Counted from the first letter of the whole stretch, positions 22,471 to 33,479 are shown. The stretch is 57,893 bases of DNA, filler included, from Asterionella formosa (GCA_002256025.1; 7 parts of 7 records of this genome joined end to end with filler, not necessarily neighbours in it); one strand, 5' to 3'. Notes: a model not told the origin generated them from the letters alone. Program-made: numbers and translations.

Positions 22471-23840
22471 GCTGACCCTACCTATAAAATGAGCTCGAGC
22501 AAGAACATCAATCCATAGGTGATAGGAATTGCTTGCTCTATCAATGAAACTTGCTTGTGCAAACGCAGACAACTTGCATGCCCAACCAATAAACTCCGAC
22601 GGACCAAGCTTGTTGAAGTAATCTTCTGTAACACCAACTAAGACAAGAAAATGTTTAGAACATCGAAGTAGAAGAATTAAAATGTTTTAACAGTAGAACA
22701 GAACATCACGATTGACTTACTTAAAATCGATTTAAAATGATTGTTGAATTTATTTTTTCATTCTCGCATTTTATTAATACACATACCTCCAAATGTAGAG
22801 TTGATATATTCTAAATGTGCTTTCTTGTTTGTACGTTCCATTCTATTATTATCCGGAAGTTGTGCATCACTTCCATTCCATATATAGTTTGAAATTTCAG
22901 GAACACTCTCTGGTGCTTCTTTGCCTAACTGCAGTTTGAGTTGAAATAACCGGGAGATAAATCGGTTTGCAAACCAATATGCATTCATATCCGATATCCC
23001 GACGGAGTTGCAACATGCAGATATGGCTGGGTGTTTTATAGCCTTTTTGGGAAATGCAAAAATAGGTTTAAGTGACATCCGTTCAGTAACAAAACATCCA
23101 TAGTAAGTCTGATGTATAGCAATACATCACTTACCTGTTCACAGCAAAATTTCTTGGTTTTTTGAAAATATAACTAACAACTTTTGCGACAACAGAGGGA
23201 TCCATTTTAGCTAAAAGCAAACGCCGTGCTGAATTTGCTGCTAAAGCGGATGAATCTTCATATCCACGTAAGGATGAAACTTGAACTGAATGTTGCCCTT
23301 TGTAGTGATTCAGGTCAAATGAGATTTTATAGTAAGAACAAACAAGGTCATTGTGGATTTCTTGAAGACTGGTGTGCTCATCTTTGAGTTTGTTGTGGAT
23401 TTCTTGAACACTGATGTGCTCATCTTTGAGTTTGTCATACTTCACCTGATCAATTCGATTGCAAAGCTTTTCAAAAACAAACGTAGGGTGGTGAATATTA
23501 TGGATGGTCTCAATAGCAGCAACCTTTCTTGAACCGGAGTCGAGTGAATCATCATCTTCATTCTCACTGGCAGAATTCAAGACAGAATCTACTGGAATAG
23601 AACGATTGAAACGAGCCTTTGTAGTATCAGTAGTAAAAGGAAGATTTACATTTGTTGGAATGTACGGAGTGGAAGGTGTGGCACCACCAAAGGCGTCATG
23701 AAGAGTATACTGCTTTTGCCTTTTATTAAAATAACTGGTAGGAAAGGAGGTTCCAAAATCAGCTAGTATCACTCGCTTTGGAGCCAAATCCGGCACTCTC
23801 CTTGCAACTACCGCATCTCGCACTGGTTTTGGAGGCATGA
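22471..23840 (-). pseudogene. Unknown cassette gene B, copy 2
   Basis: GISDMNAYWFA, QLGKEAPESVPEISNYIWNGSDAQL and AFAQASFIDRASNSYHLWIDVLARAHFIGRVS match copy 1. There is a coiled-coil N-terminal repeat KLKDEH.S.QEIHN, and GTAAGT donors at ~23134 and ~22720. Confidence 0.65.
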
Positions 23841-24871
23841 TTGCATAACAGGTGTGGTGAGGAATGACCAGAAGCATATGATGAAGTGTCGCTAAAAAAT
23901 AAGGGAAATGGGGTATCATAATGTAAATGCTCTTATAAGTACCGTTGCGATCGACAAATAACATACTGGTAGCTACTTTCACGACACTTATGGATATAAA
24001 GAAGGTGTGCCTATCTATATATATATGTAGACAAGTGGAAAAGATCATACCTCCAGATACGTAGCTACATCAGCATATCATGTCCTTCCACAAGATGTGA
24101 ACAGTTGTTCATAACAACCGGTACCTTGTTACTACGTACTCCTCGCAGTCTTTACTTGTGAACATGATAGATGTAGATGAAATAGGGCCCTATTTACAAA
24201 AATGCATTTTTTAAATGTATTACTGTACATCACGATAACATAAACACTAGAATTAAGATCATAAACAACTAATCGTAAGATCATTTTACGCCAAATTTTG
24301 TACAACCGCAGTACGTATTCATACTTCGCATTCAAACCCAAACCTTTTTTTACGTATATGTCACATCCATGATGGGGATTAGTTCTATCATTAACTACAA
24401 CTCCATACCGGATTGTCGTACAACCTATATTTATACTTTATATTAGGTTGTGGTAAATAATGAACTCATACAGCATTGTATATATTCGAATATCACTTAC
24501 TGAAAATTTTACTCAATTATATTGTGACTCGTGTGGTGTACATGAATATGTCAGAATATTCAATTGTTGGGTTGACAGTAACTCAATGCGTGCATTCTCT
24601 TCAAGTGTTTATTTGCTTAGCTGTATATGCATACTTTCGGGGACAAATTCAATGTGAAGAAATGACGGTCGCGGTAAGTGCTGTCGTTGAATCAATGCTC
24701 ACAAGAATCACCTGTTAGACGTTCAAGTCATCATATGTCTTTGATAAATCATCATCTACATTGCACAGTATNNNNNNNNNNNNNNNNNNNNNNNNNNNNN
24801 NNNNNNNNNNNNNNNTTAATTAATTAANNNNNNNNNNNNNNNNNNNNNNNNNNNNNNNNNNNNNNNNNNNN

Positions 24872-24998
24872 ATATAGTTCTTGGCAATCAATGCTGTTCA
24901 AATTCTCACAGCATTTCAATACGGGATTTTGGCTGGAATATTATTCAAGATTGATTAGTTCGACTGAACTAATATGCACGCAGTACTAAATCTTGACA
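24872..24998 (-). repeat. Partial LTR of the same Copia family, beginning TGTCAAGA on the minus strand
   Basis: Direct repeat of 20463-20592 with a canonical TG start at 24998. Confidence 0.75.
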
Positions 24999-25123
24999 CC
25001 AGGGTACCAGGTACTATTATTAAATGAATGGGACGAAATCCAGAAAGTGATCCTTCATAGTGGAAACCAATCAAAACCATCATCATTGTCGTCTCTACAG
25101 GAACGCTAAAATCGACCATAACT

Positions 25124-25636
25124 ATGTTCAAGTATCTATTGGCTTGCCTTTCCTTGTCTGAAGCGAGCGGCTACAGCATTGGTGGCAAGCGTGATGTGTC
25201 TCGTCGGACAGCTTTCGCCGCGGGGAGTGTCTTTCTCGCTTCTTTGGCCACGCCTAATTCGGTATTGGCTCAAGATGAAATTGAATGGACTGCCTTCAAT
25301 GGTCTTATCTTTAACTACAGAGGTGGACAATTTGGAGGTCTTGATGGGAGTACGTTGACTGAGCCCTCTGTTCCATACAGAGAATTCGGAGAACGATTGA
25401 AGAATGGTGAAGTCGCCTTTGTCGAATTCATGGCTCCTGACGGAGATAAAGCCTATGTCACTTTCAAGCCTACGAAAGAAGGAGAAGCTGCACCAAAGCC
25501 TATTAGAATCGGGGATGGATATCCTATTGAGCAGCATGATGGTTGGAGTAGCCCAGCTTTTGTAATTCGTGCAGTCACGAGGTACAATGTTCCTTACAAA
25601 TTCACGGTGCCGGGGCTGGCAGCATATAGTCAGTGA
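25124..25636 (+). CDS. Probable plastid/thylakoid-lumen protein resembling the FtsH lumenal domain
   Basis: Signal peptide, twin-Arg motif VSRRTAF, hydrophobic stretch and VLA-Q cleavage site. The mature part has VPYREFGERLKNGEVAFVEF..DG. Confidence 0.75.
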   Translation: MFKYLLACLSLSEASGYSIGGKRDVSRRTAFAAGSVFLASLATPNSVLAQDEIEWTAFNGLIFNYRGGQFGGLDGSTLTEPSVPYREFGERLKNGEVAFVEFMAPDGDKAYVTFKPTKEGEAAPKPIRIGDGYPIEQHDGWSSPAFVIRAVTRYNVPYKFTVPGLAAYSQ

Positions 25637-27045
25637 TAATCGTTATTTAACCCGCAGGAATCGGCCATTAAGAGAGAAAGAGTTTTAAGATCCTTTTGAA
25701 TATCCTTTGTAACAAAGCTTCCAGATTTGAGGGGGTTGGATTCCAACGGTTCATCGCTGCCATGGAAAAGTTCGCGAAGCGTAGGACCGTCATCGTGATC
25801 TCGATCGATTTCGTCCGCCGTGGGAGCATGTACAACTTTAATGGGAAGCTCCAACTGTAGGTTAGTAAACCCTCCGTTAGTGTCATCAACCGTCAGATCC
25901 AATCCACAGCTTATTTCCACTTTGACCAAGTCACTCTGTACGGAGCACGGACAGTGAAGAGGAAGCAACAAGCTAAACGAAATGCGTTCGGTATACCCAA
26001 ACGCGACAGTCTCGTGATACGTGTCAAATACGTAGGATCGGGTTCGCCGTTGCGACTTGTCTTCATAAATGGCGATTTCTTGACCTTTTAGGCATGCACT
26101 GACTTGATGACAGGGTAACCATGAGTCACCAGCGATGGGAAAGTCCAGTTGAATCAAAAGCCGGCCGCCTGGAAACATGCATCCTCCTCCAACATCAGTC
26201 AGGACGCAACAGGGTCTACCAAGCGGATCAGCAACACGAAGCGTTTGTATATCGCGATATTTGGCCATGAGTGATGTGTGCCTGTTCACAGTCACCTGTC
26301 CATTTGGTTCCTTCATCTCGTCGATTGATACATGACATGGAAGACCGTTTGAGTGTGCCATGGCCGAGCAAGACCCCAACATCACACGACCTGTTGATTC
26401 AACCTTGTCGTGACCATTCAAAGGCGAAAGTACTTTAAATGGTAGCATAGACACAAGATTCTCTCCGGAATAAGTCTTAGCTTTCACGACAACGACATAT
26501 GAATAGCGACAGCAATTTAACGATGCGGAATGAGGAAGATCCTTAGGTAACTCAGCGCGAAAGGTGAAGGCCATTTGCCTTCTCTCAAGCCCACTAATTT
26601 TATCGTCAACTGCTTGCTCCTCACGTTCCAATTTGTTTCTCAGCTTGTGAGCAAGTATGATGGGCTTTGGTCTCACATCATTCCAATTGCCGTCTCGCCG
26701 CTCTTCCAGACCCAGAAGCGGAATGACATTGGTGGCCCAGAAACAAACAGTATTGTCTTGCCTCAGTTTTGGCTCGGTTCGCTCATATTCTTCCACATGT
26801 GGATGAAAGCCATACAGCATTTGGTATTCATCAGCATTGTGCCATCTGGAATCGATCTTGCAGATTCCCTTTACATACAAGTATGCAGATTCAAAGCATG
26901 ACCTGGGCGATACTTCCAGATTGTTGGCAAGCAGGCGAACCGTGCCGACGACGGAGGCTCCTAGTCGGTAGGCAGGCCTAGATAATGCTATCTCCGCCGA
27001 AGGTTCGATGGAGAGCGGAACACCATTCGAAACAACTGATGCCAT
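25630..27045 (-). CDS. RGP1: RGP1-like protein (Rab6/Ypt6 GEF partner, arrestin-like fold)
   Basis: Intact 471-aa ORF with FTFRAELPKDLPHS....CRYSY and FSLLLP..CP.S.QSDLVKV. Confidence 0.75.
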   Translation of the reverse strand: MASVVSNGVPLSIEPSAEIALSRPAYRLGASVVGTVRLLANNLEVSPRSCFESAYLYVKGICKIDSRWHNADEYQMLYGFHPHVEEYERTEPKLRQDNTVCFWATNVIPLLGLEERRDGNWNDVRPKPIILAHKLRNKLEREEQAVDDKISGLERRQMAFTFRAELPKDLPHSASLNCCRYSYVVVVKAKTYSGENLVSMLPFKVLSPLNGHDKVESTGRVMLGSCSAMAHSNGLPCHVSIDEMKEPNGQVTVNRHTSLMAKYRDIQTLRVADPLGRPCCVLTDVGGGCMFPGGRLLIQLDFPIAGDSWLPCHQVSACLKGQEIAIYEDKSQRRTRSYVFDTYHETVAFGYTERISFSLLLPLHCPCSVQSDLVKVEISCGLDLTVDDTNGGFTNLQLELPIKVVHAPTADEIDRDHDDGPTLRELFHGSDEPLESNPLKSGSFVTKDIQKDLKTLSLLMADSCGLNNDYH

Positions 27046-27634
27046 GATGATTGATGGTTATAATTTATTGCCGGTAAAAGTAGCAACAACCTTTGGAAGT
27101 ATTGCTTTTGAATAAGCAAATGAATTAATGTAGGAATATTTTTAAATTGATCACACAAATTGAGAAAGTTACAAGTTGTAGACTGTCGTACCGGTAGTTT
27201 CAGTTACTCCGTAATCAATTCATACGAATTTCTTCAAGGACCTCGAAGGTGAAATCACGCTTTTTTTGTTGTTGTTATCTAGAGTACCTGGTATAACACC
27301 TGGTACCAGGTACCTTGGCCTTATAGTTTGTACAAACCTGGTACCAACAATAAAAATAGAGCCGGTATAGTGCAGTTATATATTGCATTCCGTTTGCCGG
27401 TATATGACTGTTTTCAATTTTTATTATGTGATGAGCGACTCCATATCACTGTCTGCCGACACCCCTCGTGTGTCGGTTCAAACCCCAAAGGTCTCACGAA
27501 GTGGCGCAAGGGATGAAAGCAACCATCATCCGTTCGACCATCACTCGCCCACTGATGAACGATTCATCGGTGCTTCTGGCAAATTGCATGCATTGATTTC
27601 GTATTTCAATCTGTTCCTTCCAATTTTCATGAAA

Positions 27635-28171
27635 ATGAGCGCTGAACAGAGGTAAGCTTCTTCTCGCATGTATAAAATCAACAGTTCTACCGTACTGATG
27701 CTCTATTACTTCTTATGAATGAAACAAGAATAGCATCCTAACAAATTCACGTGTGCAAATCCTTCTCTTATGTTGGAATATTTCATATTTAGGTCACACA
27801 ACATCAATAATATTCCGGCGAATCTCTTGGAGTCTGGGGAAATGGAAAGGTAAATTCCTGAGACTTCCCCGTATAGGGTGCTCAGTGTATTCCACAGTTT
27901 GTACTGATAGTAGTTCTCCTTTCTCAGATTGAAGGTCTATATGCTCGCCAAACTTGTCGAAGCAGACTGGAAAGGCGAATTCATCCTAAAACAAGCTAAA
28001 GAAGCAGTTCGAGAGCACGATGGGCAAAGCGACATGACAATCGAAGATTTCACCTTCAAGGTAGTAAAAGCTGGATTCTCTGCTGTTCCTGACAACGTTG
28101 AAGAGCTCACAAAGGCAATGATTAGGGATGTACTCATAGTGGAGTCTAAGGGCAACAATAAAATGCTTTAA
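27635..28171 (+). CDS. ENY2: Transcription and mRNA export factor ENY2/Sus1; exons 27635-27651, 27793-27849 and 27928-28171
   Basis: Splicing two GT-AG introns gives MSAEQRSHNINNIPANLLESGEMERLKVYMLAKLVEADWK...MTIED...AVPDNV, which matches L.E.GE.ERLK..L..KL.E.GW. An alternative ATG lies at 27629. Confidence 0.88.
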
Positions 28172-28189
28172 ATCATTAGTTACGTTTTT

Positions 28190-31100
28190 CTATTGTTGCA
28201 GGGTCTCTTGATTCATATCATTGTTCTGGGTCACTCCAACAAAGCTTGGCTCGCTAGCAACTGAGCGATCGTTTCCATCGCGTATGCTATTGTAGGATTC
28301 CGCTTCCACGCAGTCGTCAAAAACACGATCAATGCTATCCACCATGATGGAACCTGTAAGTGGACATTCTGCAGCAATTAAACCATCTAGCTCGGTCTGA
28401 AGGGCATCGCTCTGAGAAGACTCGTTGGTCGGTTTGACTCCCAGTCTAGCAATTTCTTTCTGAATCTCGTCGACCCGTGCTTTTTGGCGTTCGTTCAAAT
28501 ATGGCATCACTTCCCTTTTCAACGCACTTTCAAGAAATACATAACCGGATGGAAACACATAGAAGGGCTCTCCAGCATTCAGAACCAACGTGTTGGTCAA
28601 TGCGCATCGCGCGTCGGCCTTCATCTGCATTCGGTGAGTGCTCAACCGACTTATTTCGTCGCGCAGAGCATCACAGGTCTGATCACAATCGTTCATTTCC
28701 TTTAAGAGGCCGTCAATTTTGGAGGAATACGAAGTGAGAGCGTCACAGATCTCATCTTTGATTTGGTCAATCTGGGCGAAGTCTGGAAGAAAGGGAAGAA
28801 CATCTTCGATGGAAAGCACATCAGGACCACAATCCTTCAGAACAGCAACCACCTTCGCCACAATATCTTTACTCCCCCGGTTGTCGCCGACGGCATTTTG
28901 AGCAATCATCAACCACAACCGTTTTCGCTCTTGGTCGTCAGTGGCTTCTCTAGCCATGTCACGGGCCAACGACGGATCAACCTTTAATGCCAATTCGACA
29001 GCTTGCTGTCGCATCCCGAACCCCATGTAGAGCTTAATGGCAGAGCGAAAGTGACGCCCAGTTTCAAGAATAGTGCGAAGAGCATAGGACATATCCAACG
29101 GCGATGTGATTCCATCATCATAACTATTGATTCCATCGTTTGTAAGTAAGACTCTGGCGGTTGCATTTGATACAGAGGCGGCACCAGGTACCTGAGACAC
29201 CAAAAACTTGAAAAGAGGCTCTTCGTCTTCCATTGCAGCGTACAACGAAATCAAATAGCTGTAGATTGCGCTACTTCGACACCCAAGTTTGATAACTCCT
29301 TCAAGGTACTTGAAAGAAGCATTATCGTCGTCAACAAAAGGAAAGTACGGTCTGGATACTATTTCAGCGATGTGGATTTCCACCCCGTCACCAAGCAACT
29401 GGCTGCCTTCAACTCGAAGACCTTCCAGTGCATCTTGCTTGATATGCTTTTCCTTGGCTTTCTCCGGGTGCAGGATCAATGATTTCTTCCACTCCTTCCT
29501 TTTACGTTCATATTGCATGATTGAAGGCAGAAGCTTGGTCGGACTAAGCCCTTGCGAGTATCTCGACAGAAAGCTTTTGGAAGCAGCAAGTGGAGCCTTT
29601 GCAAGCAGCGATGGTGCGTGTTTATAATAATATGGCTCAGCGGCTTCAAAAGTCGCGTCGTTAAGAATACGTAGAGCATCATGTGCACCAGTATTTTCGT
29701 CGTTGCCTACACAAAGGGCAGCATTCACTGCAGTTCCAAGGTCACCAGATGACGACGCATATTCTGCACACTCAGTTGCACTCACATCATGCGAGGAGAG
29801 AACGCGCATAATTGTCGTGGCATCCATGTTGTGAACATGACTGGACAAGAAGGGATGCAGCAACGCCAAATGCTTCTGCTGGCCTCGTTCACGTTCATGC
29901 AAATATAGTTCTGTTAACCAGGCTCCGATCATAGTGCAGGTGACTGAATCGTCATTGAGCTTACCAACTCTCATCTTGTCACTTAGATAATTAATTAGGG
30001 CCATATTAGATCCAGCCAATGCTGCCGTTGCTTTTGCTGAAAACCCACGAGAGTCGTCGATTCCAAGCATCGGGAGGGCAAGTCGAATGGCCGTGTCGCA
30101 AAATGGTGCAAGTGCTGGTGGACACTGGGCCAAATACTTCGCAGCCAGTTCTGCTCGTCCTTGCGAAAGATGATATTCTGCTCGTACCGCAGTGACTACT
30201 GCCTTTTGAGTCGAGTTCGTGCACAAGGATTTGGCATGTGCAAAGAGAGCTTCTTGAGTTTTTTCTTCTTCAGACAACCCGTTTGGACGATGATCCGTTG
30301 TTATTCTATGTCGATTGGACGGCATATCCAGACAATTTTGGAGTGTAAACTTCCACACATCCCTGTCCTCAGCGGACGACGAAATATGAACCAAAGTTCT
30401 CGCTTTGCGCAACCATACTTGATCCGGCCGTCGAATGTCCATAAGGAGTTCACCAACTGCTAAACTTGTTTCATCCAGGCTTTGCGACGAGATCCAATCT
30501 ACTCGTTCCTTTTGAATAACCTTTTGTGCCACTCGATTTATGAAGCGAACCTCCATTGATTCACCCAATGTAATTAAGTGGTGAGGCGTCAGTGCAATTG
30601 AGACAGGAAGTTCTGGAATAATATCACTGCCGTACACCATCATCCCAGCGTCCACGATGATGCCTGTAGTTGGCGACGGTGCTGCATTTCCTCTGTCCAA
30701 CCGACCGTAGTATATTCCTGTAGCCGTTCGCAACGCGAATTGGTCATTGCACAAGTGCAGTTGGCAATAATCAATAGATCCTGGTAGCTCCAAAAGCGAG
30801 GAATGAGCCCATTCGGTCGTTTGATTTGTTGATTTCGTCAAAACTTCCCTAAACGTATTCATTGCAGCATAAAATGAAAAGAGTCGAGTTCGTTTGTTTC
30901 GTCCCGAAGTGGTCGCAAGTATGATCATCCCATTCGTGACAACCGATGTAGTCCGTTCAAAGTACAAACCCGATACGGATGCAATTTCATGCTCCGTGGA
31001 TTGCGAATGCAACTTGTGCAGTAAGACCGGAAGTTTGGGAAGTTCTTCAGGCTCCTCGATACTTTCAGTCGCAGCCGACGGACTTATCAGAGCATATTCA

Positions 31101-31906
31101 TACAATTCCCCAAGATTTGTTCCAAGCAATATCTTTTTGGTATATCCCTCTGTTCCTCGCTCACGATCCCACGCCACAGAAGTAATAAACGATCCTGGAG
31201 TGAGTCCCTGTTGTATGGCGGGCATAGTCTCCACCTTGCGGGCCGTCGCCGAAACACCCGTGAGTCCCGCAGTTGCAGTGTCAGGTCCAAAGCCCGTCAA
31301 CTTTTGAATTTGCCGTGTGCTCGAATGCAAATAGTAGGCTTCCCCGTTCTTGGCGCTCATGAGAGTGTGGCAGCCGGTCGGATCGCAAAAAATGTGCGCC
31401 ACGCGACTCATTTCAGTCGAGGTTCCCCGATGAGGAGGTGGAATGGGCAGGATATGTTCTGCTCCTCCCGATGATCGTCTGACGTTCCATCGACTGACAA
31501 GTCTAAGTCCCGGTGCTTCCAGGACAGTAACGATCCATCCGTTGGCGGTTGCGACACACCGAGGTGCCTTGAGCGGGCGGGAGCGAGCCTCGTCGTCGAC
31601 AGCCCCGTCCGCCGATTTGGCCGATCCGCTGGTCGTGGAAGAGACCCCCAAGCCCTTCATCAAGCCGCTAAAGTATCCGTCTTCTTGAGGGCCTTGCTCC
31701 TCCGAGTGTTTGAGCAATTTCTGGTAATTAGAGAGGGAGATACTGGATGGAAGGGGCCATTCTACATTGCGAGCGGCCCAAATGGCAGGTTCCGCCAGGG
31801 ACTCGGGCTTTTGCTTGGACGCTCGATAGGTCCGCGACGATGGAACTTGACGTTTAGAGCGAGCTCGCGTTGGGACGTGGTCGTCATCAAAGGGATTCGT
31901 CGACAT
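28190..31906 (-). CDS. VPS18: Vacuolar protein sorting 18 (HOPS/CORVET subunit), intronless
   Basis: IFCDPTGCH, ILLGTNLG.LYE, EDRDVW, AVELALKVD..LA, RKRLWL.IA, LSIEDVLPFLPDF..ID, FYVFPSG and AAECPL.G..M. The first ATG is at 31906. Confidence 0.95.
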   Translation of the reverse strand: MSTNPFDDDHVPTRARSKRQVPSSRTYRASKQKPESLAEPAIWAARNVEWPLPSSISLSNYQKLLKHSEEQGPQEDGYFSGLMKGLGVSSTTSGSAKSADGAVDDEARSRPLKAPRCVATANGWIVTVLEAPGLRLVSRWNVRRSSGGAEHILPIPPPHRGTSTEMSRVAHIFCDPTGCHTLMSAKNGEAYYLHSSTRQIQKLTGFGPDTATAGLTGVSATARKVETMPAIQQGLTPGSFITSVAWDRERGTEGYTKKILLGTNLGELYEYALISPSAATESIEEPEELPKLPVLLHKLHSQSTEHEIASVSGLYFERTTSVVTNGMIILATTSGRNKRTRLFSFYAAMNTFREVLTKSTNQTTEWAHSSLLELPGSIDYCQLHLCNDQFALRTATGIYYGRLDRGNAAPSPTTGIIVDAGMMVYGSDIIPELPVSIALTPHHLITLGESMEVRFINRVAQKVIQKERVDWISSQSLDETSLAVGELLMDIRRPDQVWLRKARTLVHISSSAEDRDVWKFTLQNCLDMPSNRHRITTDHRPNGLSEEEKTQEALFAHAKSLCTNSTQKAVVTAVRAEYHLSQGRAELAAKYLAQCPPALAPFCDTAIRLALPMLGIDDSRGFSAKATAALAGSNMALINYLSDKMRVGKLNDDSVTCTMIGAWLTELYLHERERGQQKHLALLHPFLSSHVHNMDATTIMRVLSSHDVSATECAEYASSSGDLGTAVNAALCVGNDENTGAHDALRILNDATFEAAEPYYYKHAPSLLAKAPLAASKSFLSRYSQGLSPTKLLPSIMQYERKRKEWKKSLILHPEKAKEKHIKQDALEGLRVEGSQLLGDGVEIHIAEIVSRPYFPFVDDDNASFKYLEGVIKLGCRSSAIYSYLISLYAAMEDEEPLFKFLVSQVPGAASVSNATARVLLTNDGINSYDDGITSPLDMSYALRTILETGRHFRSAIKLYMGFGMRQQAVELALKVDPSLARDMAREATDDQERKRLWLMIAQNAVGDNRGSKDIVAKVVAVLKDCGPDVLSIEDVLPFLPDFAQIDQIKDEICDALTSYSSKIDGLLKEMNDCDQTCDALRDEISRLSTHRMQMKADARCALTNTLVLNAGEPFYVFPSGYVFLESALKREVMPYLNERQKARVDEIQKEIARLGVKPTNESSQSDALQTELDGLIAAECPLTGSIMVDSIDRVFDDCVEAESYNSIRDGNDRSVASEPSFVGVTQNNDMNQETLQQ

Positions 31907-32726
31907 GACTAAAGCAATTGAGAGCAACAGCACTCAGAGTACCTGCCTGAGCCGGTTGTTGCTCTAAATGGTGGCTTCTTATGAGTTGTAAACCTGTACC
32001 AGGTACCCTGGTACTCCGAGTAGGGAATAGTGGATTCAGAAAACAAGGCAGGACTTCGATAATTCACAACTCAGTTGCCCGTAGCTACCGGTAGGGTGAA
32101 TCATACCACTATGGTAACAATCATGGAATAAACAAGTTAGATAATTTCTGGTACCTGGTACCACGTACCAGGTACTGTGGACTTGGCTAACAGTAATGTA
32201 CCAGGTACTAGCTCGAGGTCTATCGTTCACCAAACTATTGATTAATGTAACCCAACCCACACTTTACTTACATAAACCAATAATTGTTAAAGGTAAAATT
32301 AGCTTTCACCACTCTCACTGTGCAGACTGGTTGTTGCTTTAGTTAGTGTGTACCGGTTGTGTACTTACCAGTACTACCGGTTGTTGGTACCATATACCGG
32401 TTACTCCGTATATCCTACCAAGATTCCTGTAAGTGCTTAATTCCCGTGAGTACTGGTCCCTCTACAGCTAGTTAAATACTACTTTAGAATCTCAGTTCCT
32501 TGTTAATGTAGCTGCCGCTGGCATCCGTTGCAAGCGTTTCTCCCTCTCAACACACACAGGTTACTGATCCCTTACCAGACTTCCCTCCATCATGCGATCT
32601 CCATCGCCTCATGATGCCAATGACACTGATGCAGCTGCATTCAGTGGCGAATTGGCTGCATGGCAACAACACAATGCTGGTGCATTATTTCCCCATCCCC
32701 ATGGTGAACTTTTGGTGGCACCGCTT

Positions 32727-32794
32727 AACCCTAACCCTAACCAGAACCCTAACCAGAACCCTAACCAGAACCCTAACCAGAACCCTAACCCTAC
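32727..32794 (+). repeat. Telomere-like (CCCTAA/CCAGAA) microsatellite inside a Pro/Ser-rich ORF truncated by a gap
   Basis: aaccctaaccctaaccagaaccctaaccagaaccctaaccagaaccctaaccagaaccctaaccct encodes NPNPNQ repeats in ORF 32592-33049. Confidence 0.9.
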
Positions 32795-33275
32795 CTGCCA
32801 TCACCAGTTCTCCACTAATGCTCAACTTCCGCATTTTGTCCCGCCCTCATCATCCGAGTTCGCTATGGACCCCCGCACGTCTGCGCCTCCTCTTCGCTAT
32901 TCAGCCCCGTATTCTATGAGTCCCTACCCACCAACCCATATTTCACCCCGGGCTCTGCCTTCGGCTTCCCCGGCATCCTATCTACACCTTTCTGACCATG
33001 CCTCTGCCTGGTCTGCCCTTTCCGGCCCTTCCTCCCACTCCCACAGCTCNNNNNNNNNNNNNNNNNNNNNNNNNNNNNNNNNNNNNNNNNNNNTTAATTA
33101 ATTAANNNNNNNNNNNNNNNNNNNNNNNNNNNNNNNNNNNNNNNNNNNNTAAACCTTGGTATTTAATTGTGCGTTGTTCCATCAAACACAACGACTAGTA
33201 GGGAAATGTTTTTCTTCATGCAAAGTGGAGACCTAACTGGGAATCAGGAATCAAGAATTCTTCTGTGTTTCAACT

Positions 33276-33422
33276 CCCGGTGTAAATAGTGCGAGGACAG
33301 GTTCTCATCAGCCGGAACTTGGTACTATACAAAATCCTACATATCGATACTGTAGGTAAATAGAGTTGTACCCCACATGCCCGGTGTAAATAGTGCGAGG
33401 ACAGGTTCTCATCAGCCGGAAC
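33276..33422. repeat. Exact 43-bp direct repeat (33276-33318 and 33380-33422)
   Basis: cccggtgtaaatagtgcgaggacaggttctcatcagccggaac occurs twice. Confidence 0.95.
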
Positions 33423-33479
33423 CAACAGTGCCAGGTACAGTACCTTGTGTACCTGGTAACTGGGGGCGGAGCAGTAAAA

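Noticed and set aside
27383..27655. 90-aa ORF as an N-terminal extension of ENY2
   Set aside because: ENY2 proteins are about 100 aa and the spliced model from 27629/27635 is already complete.
25630..31906. RGP1 and VPS18 as a membrane-trafficking gene cluster
   Set aside because: Two genes separated by ENY2 are compatible with chance, and no synteny evidence is available here.
28477..31912. Numerous plus-strand ORFs within VPS18 (and antisense ORFs in LIP2, RGP1, SET and hemE)
   Set aside because: They are shadow ORFs of real CDS with no recognisable motifs.
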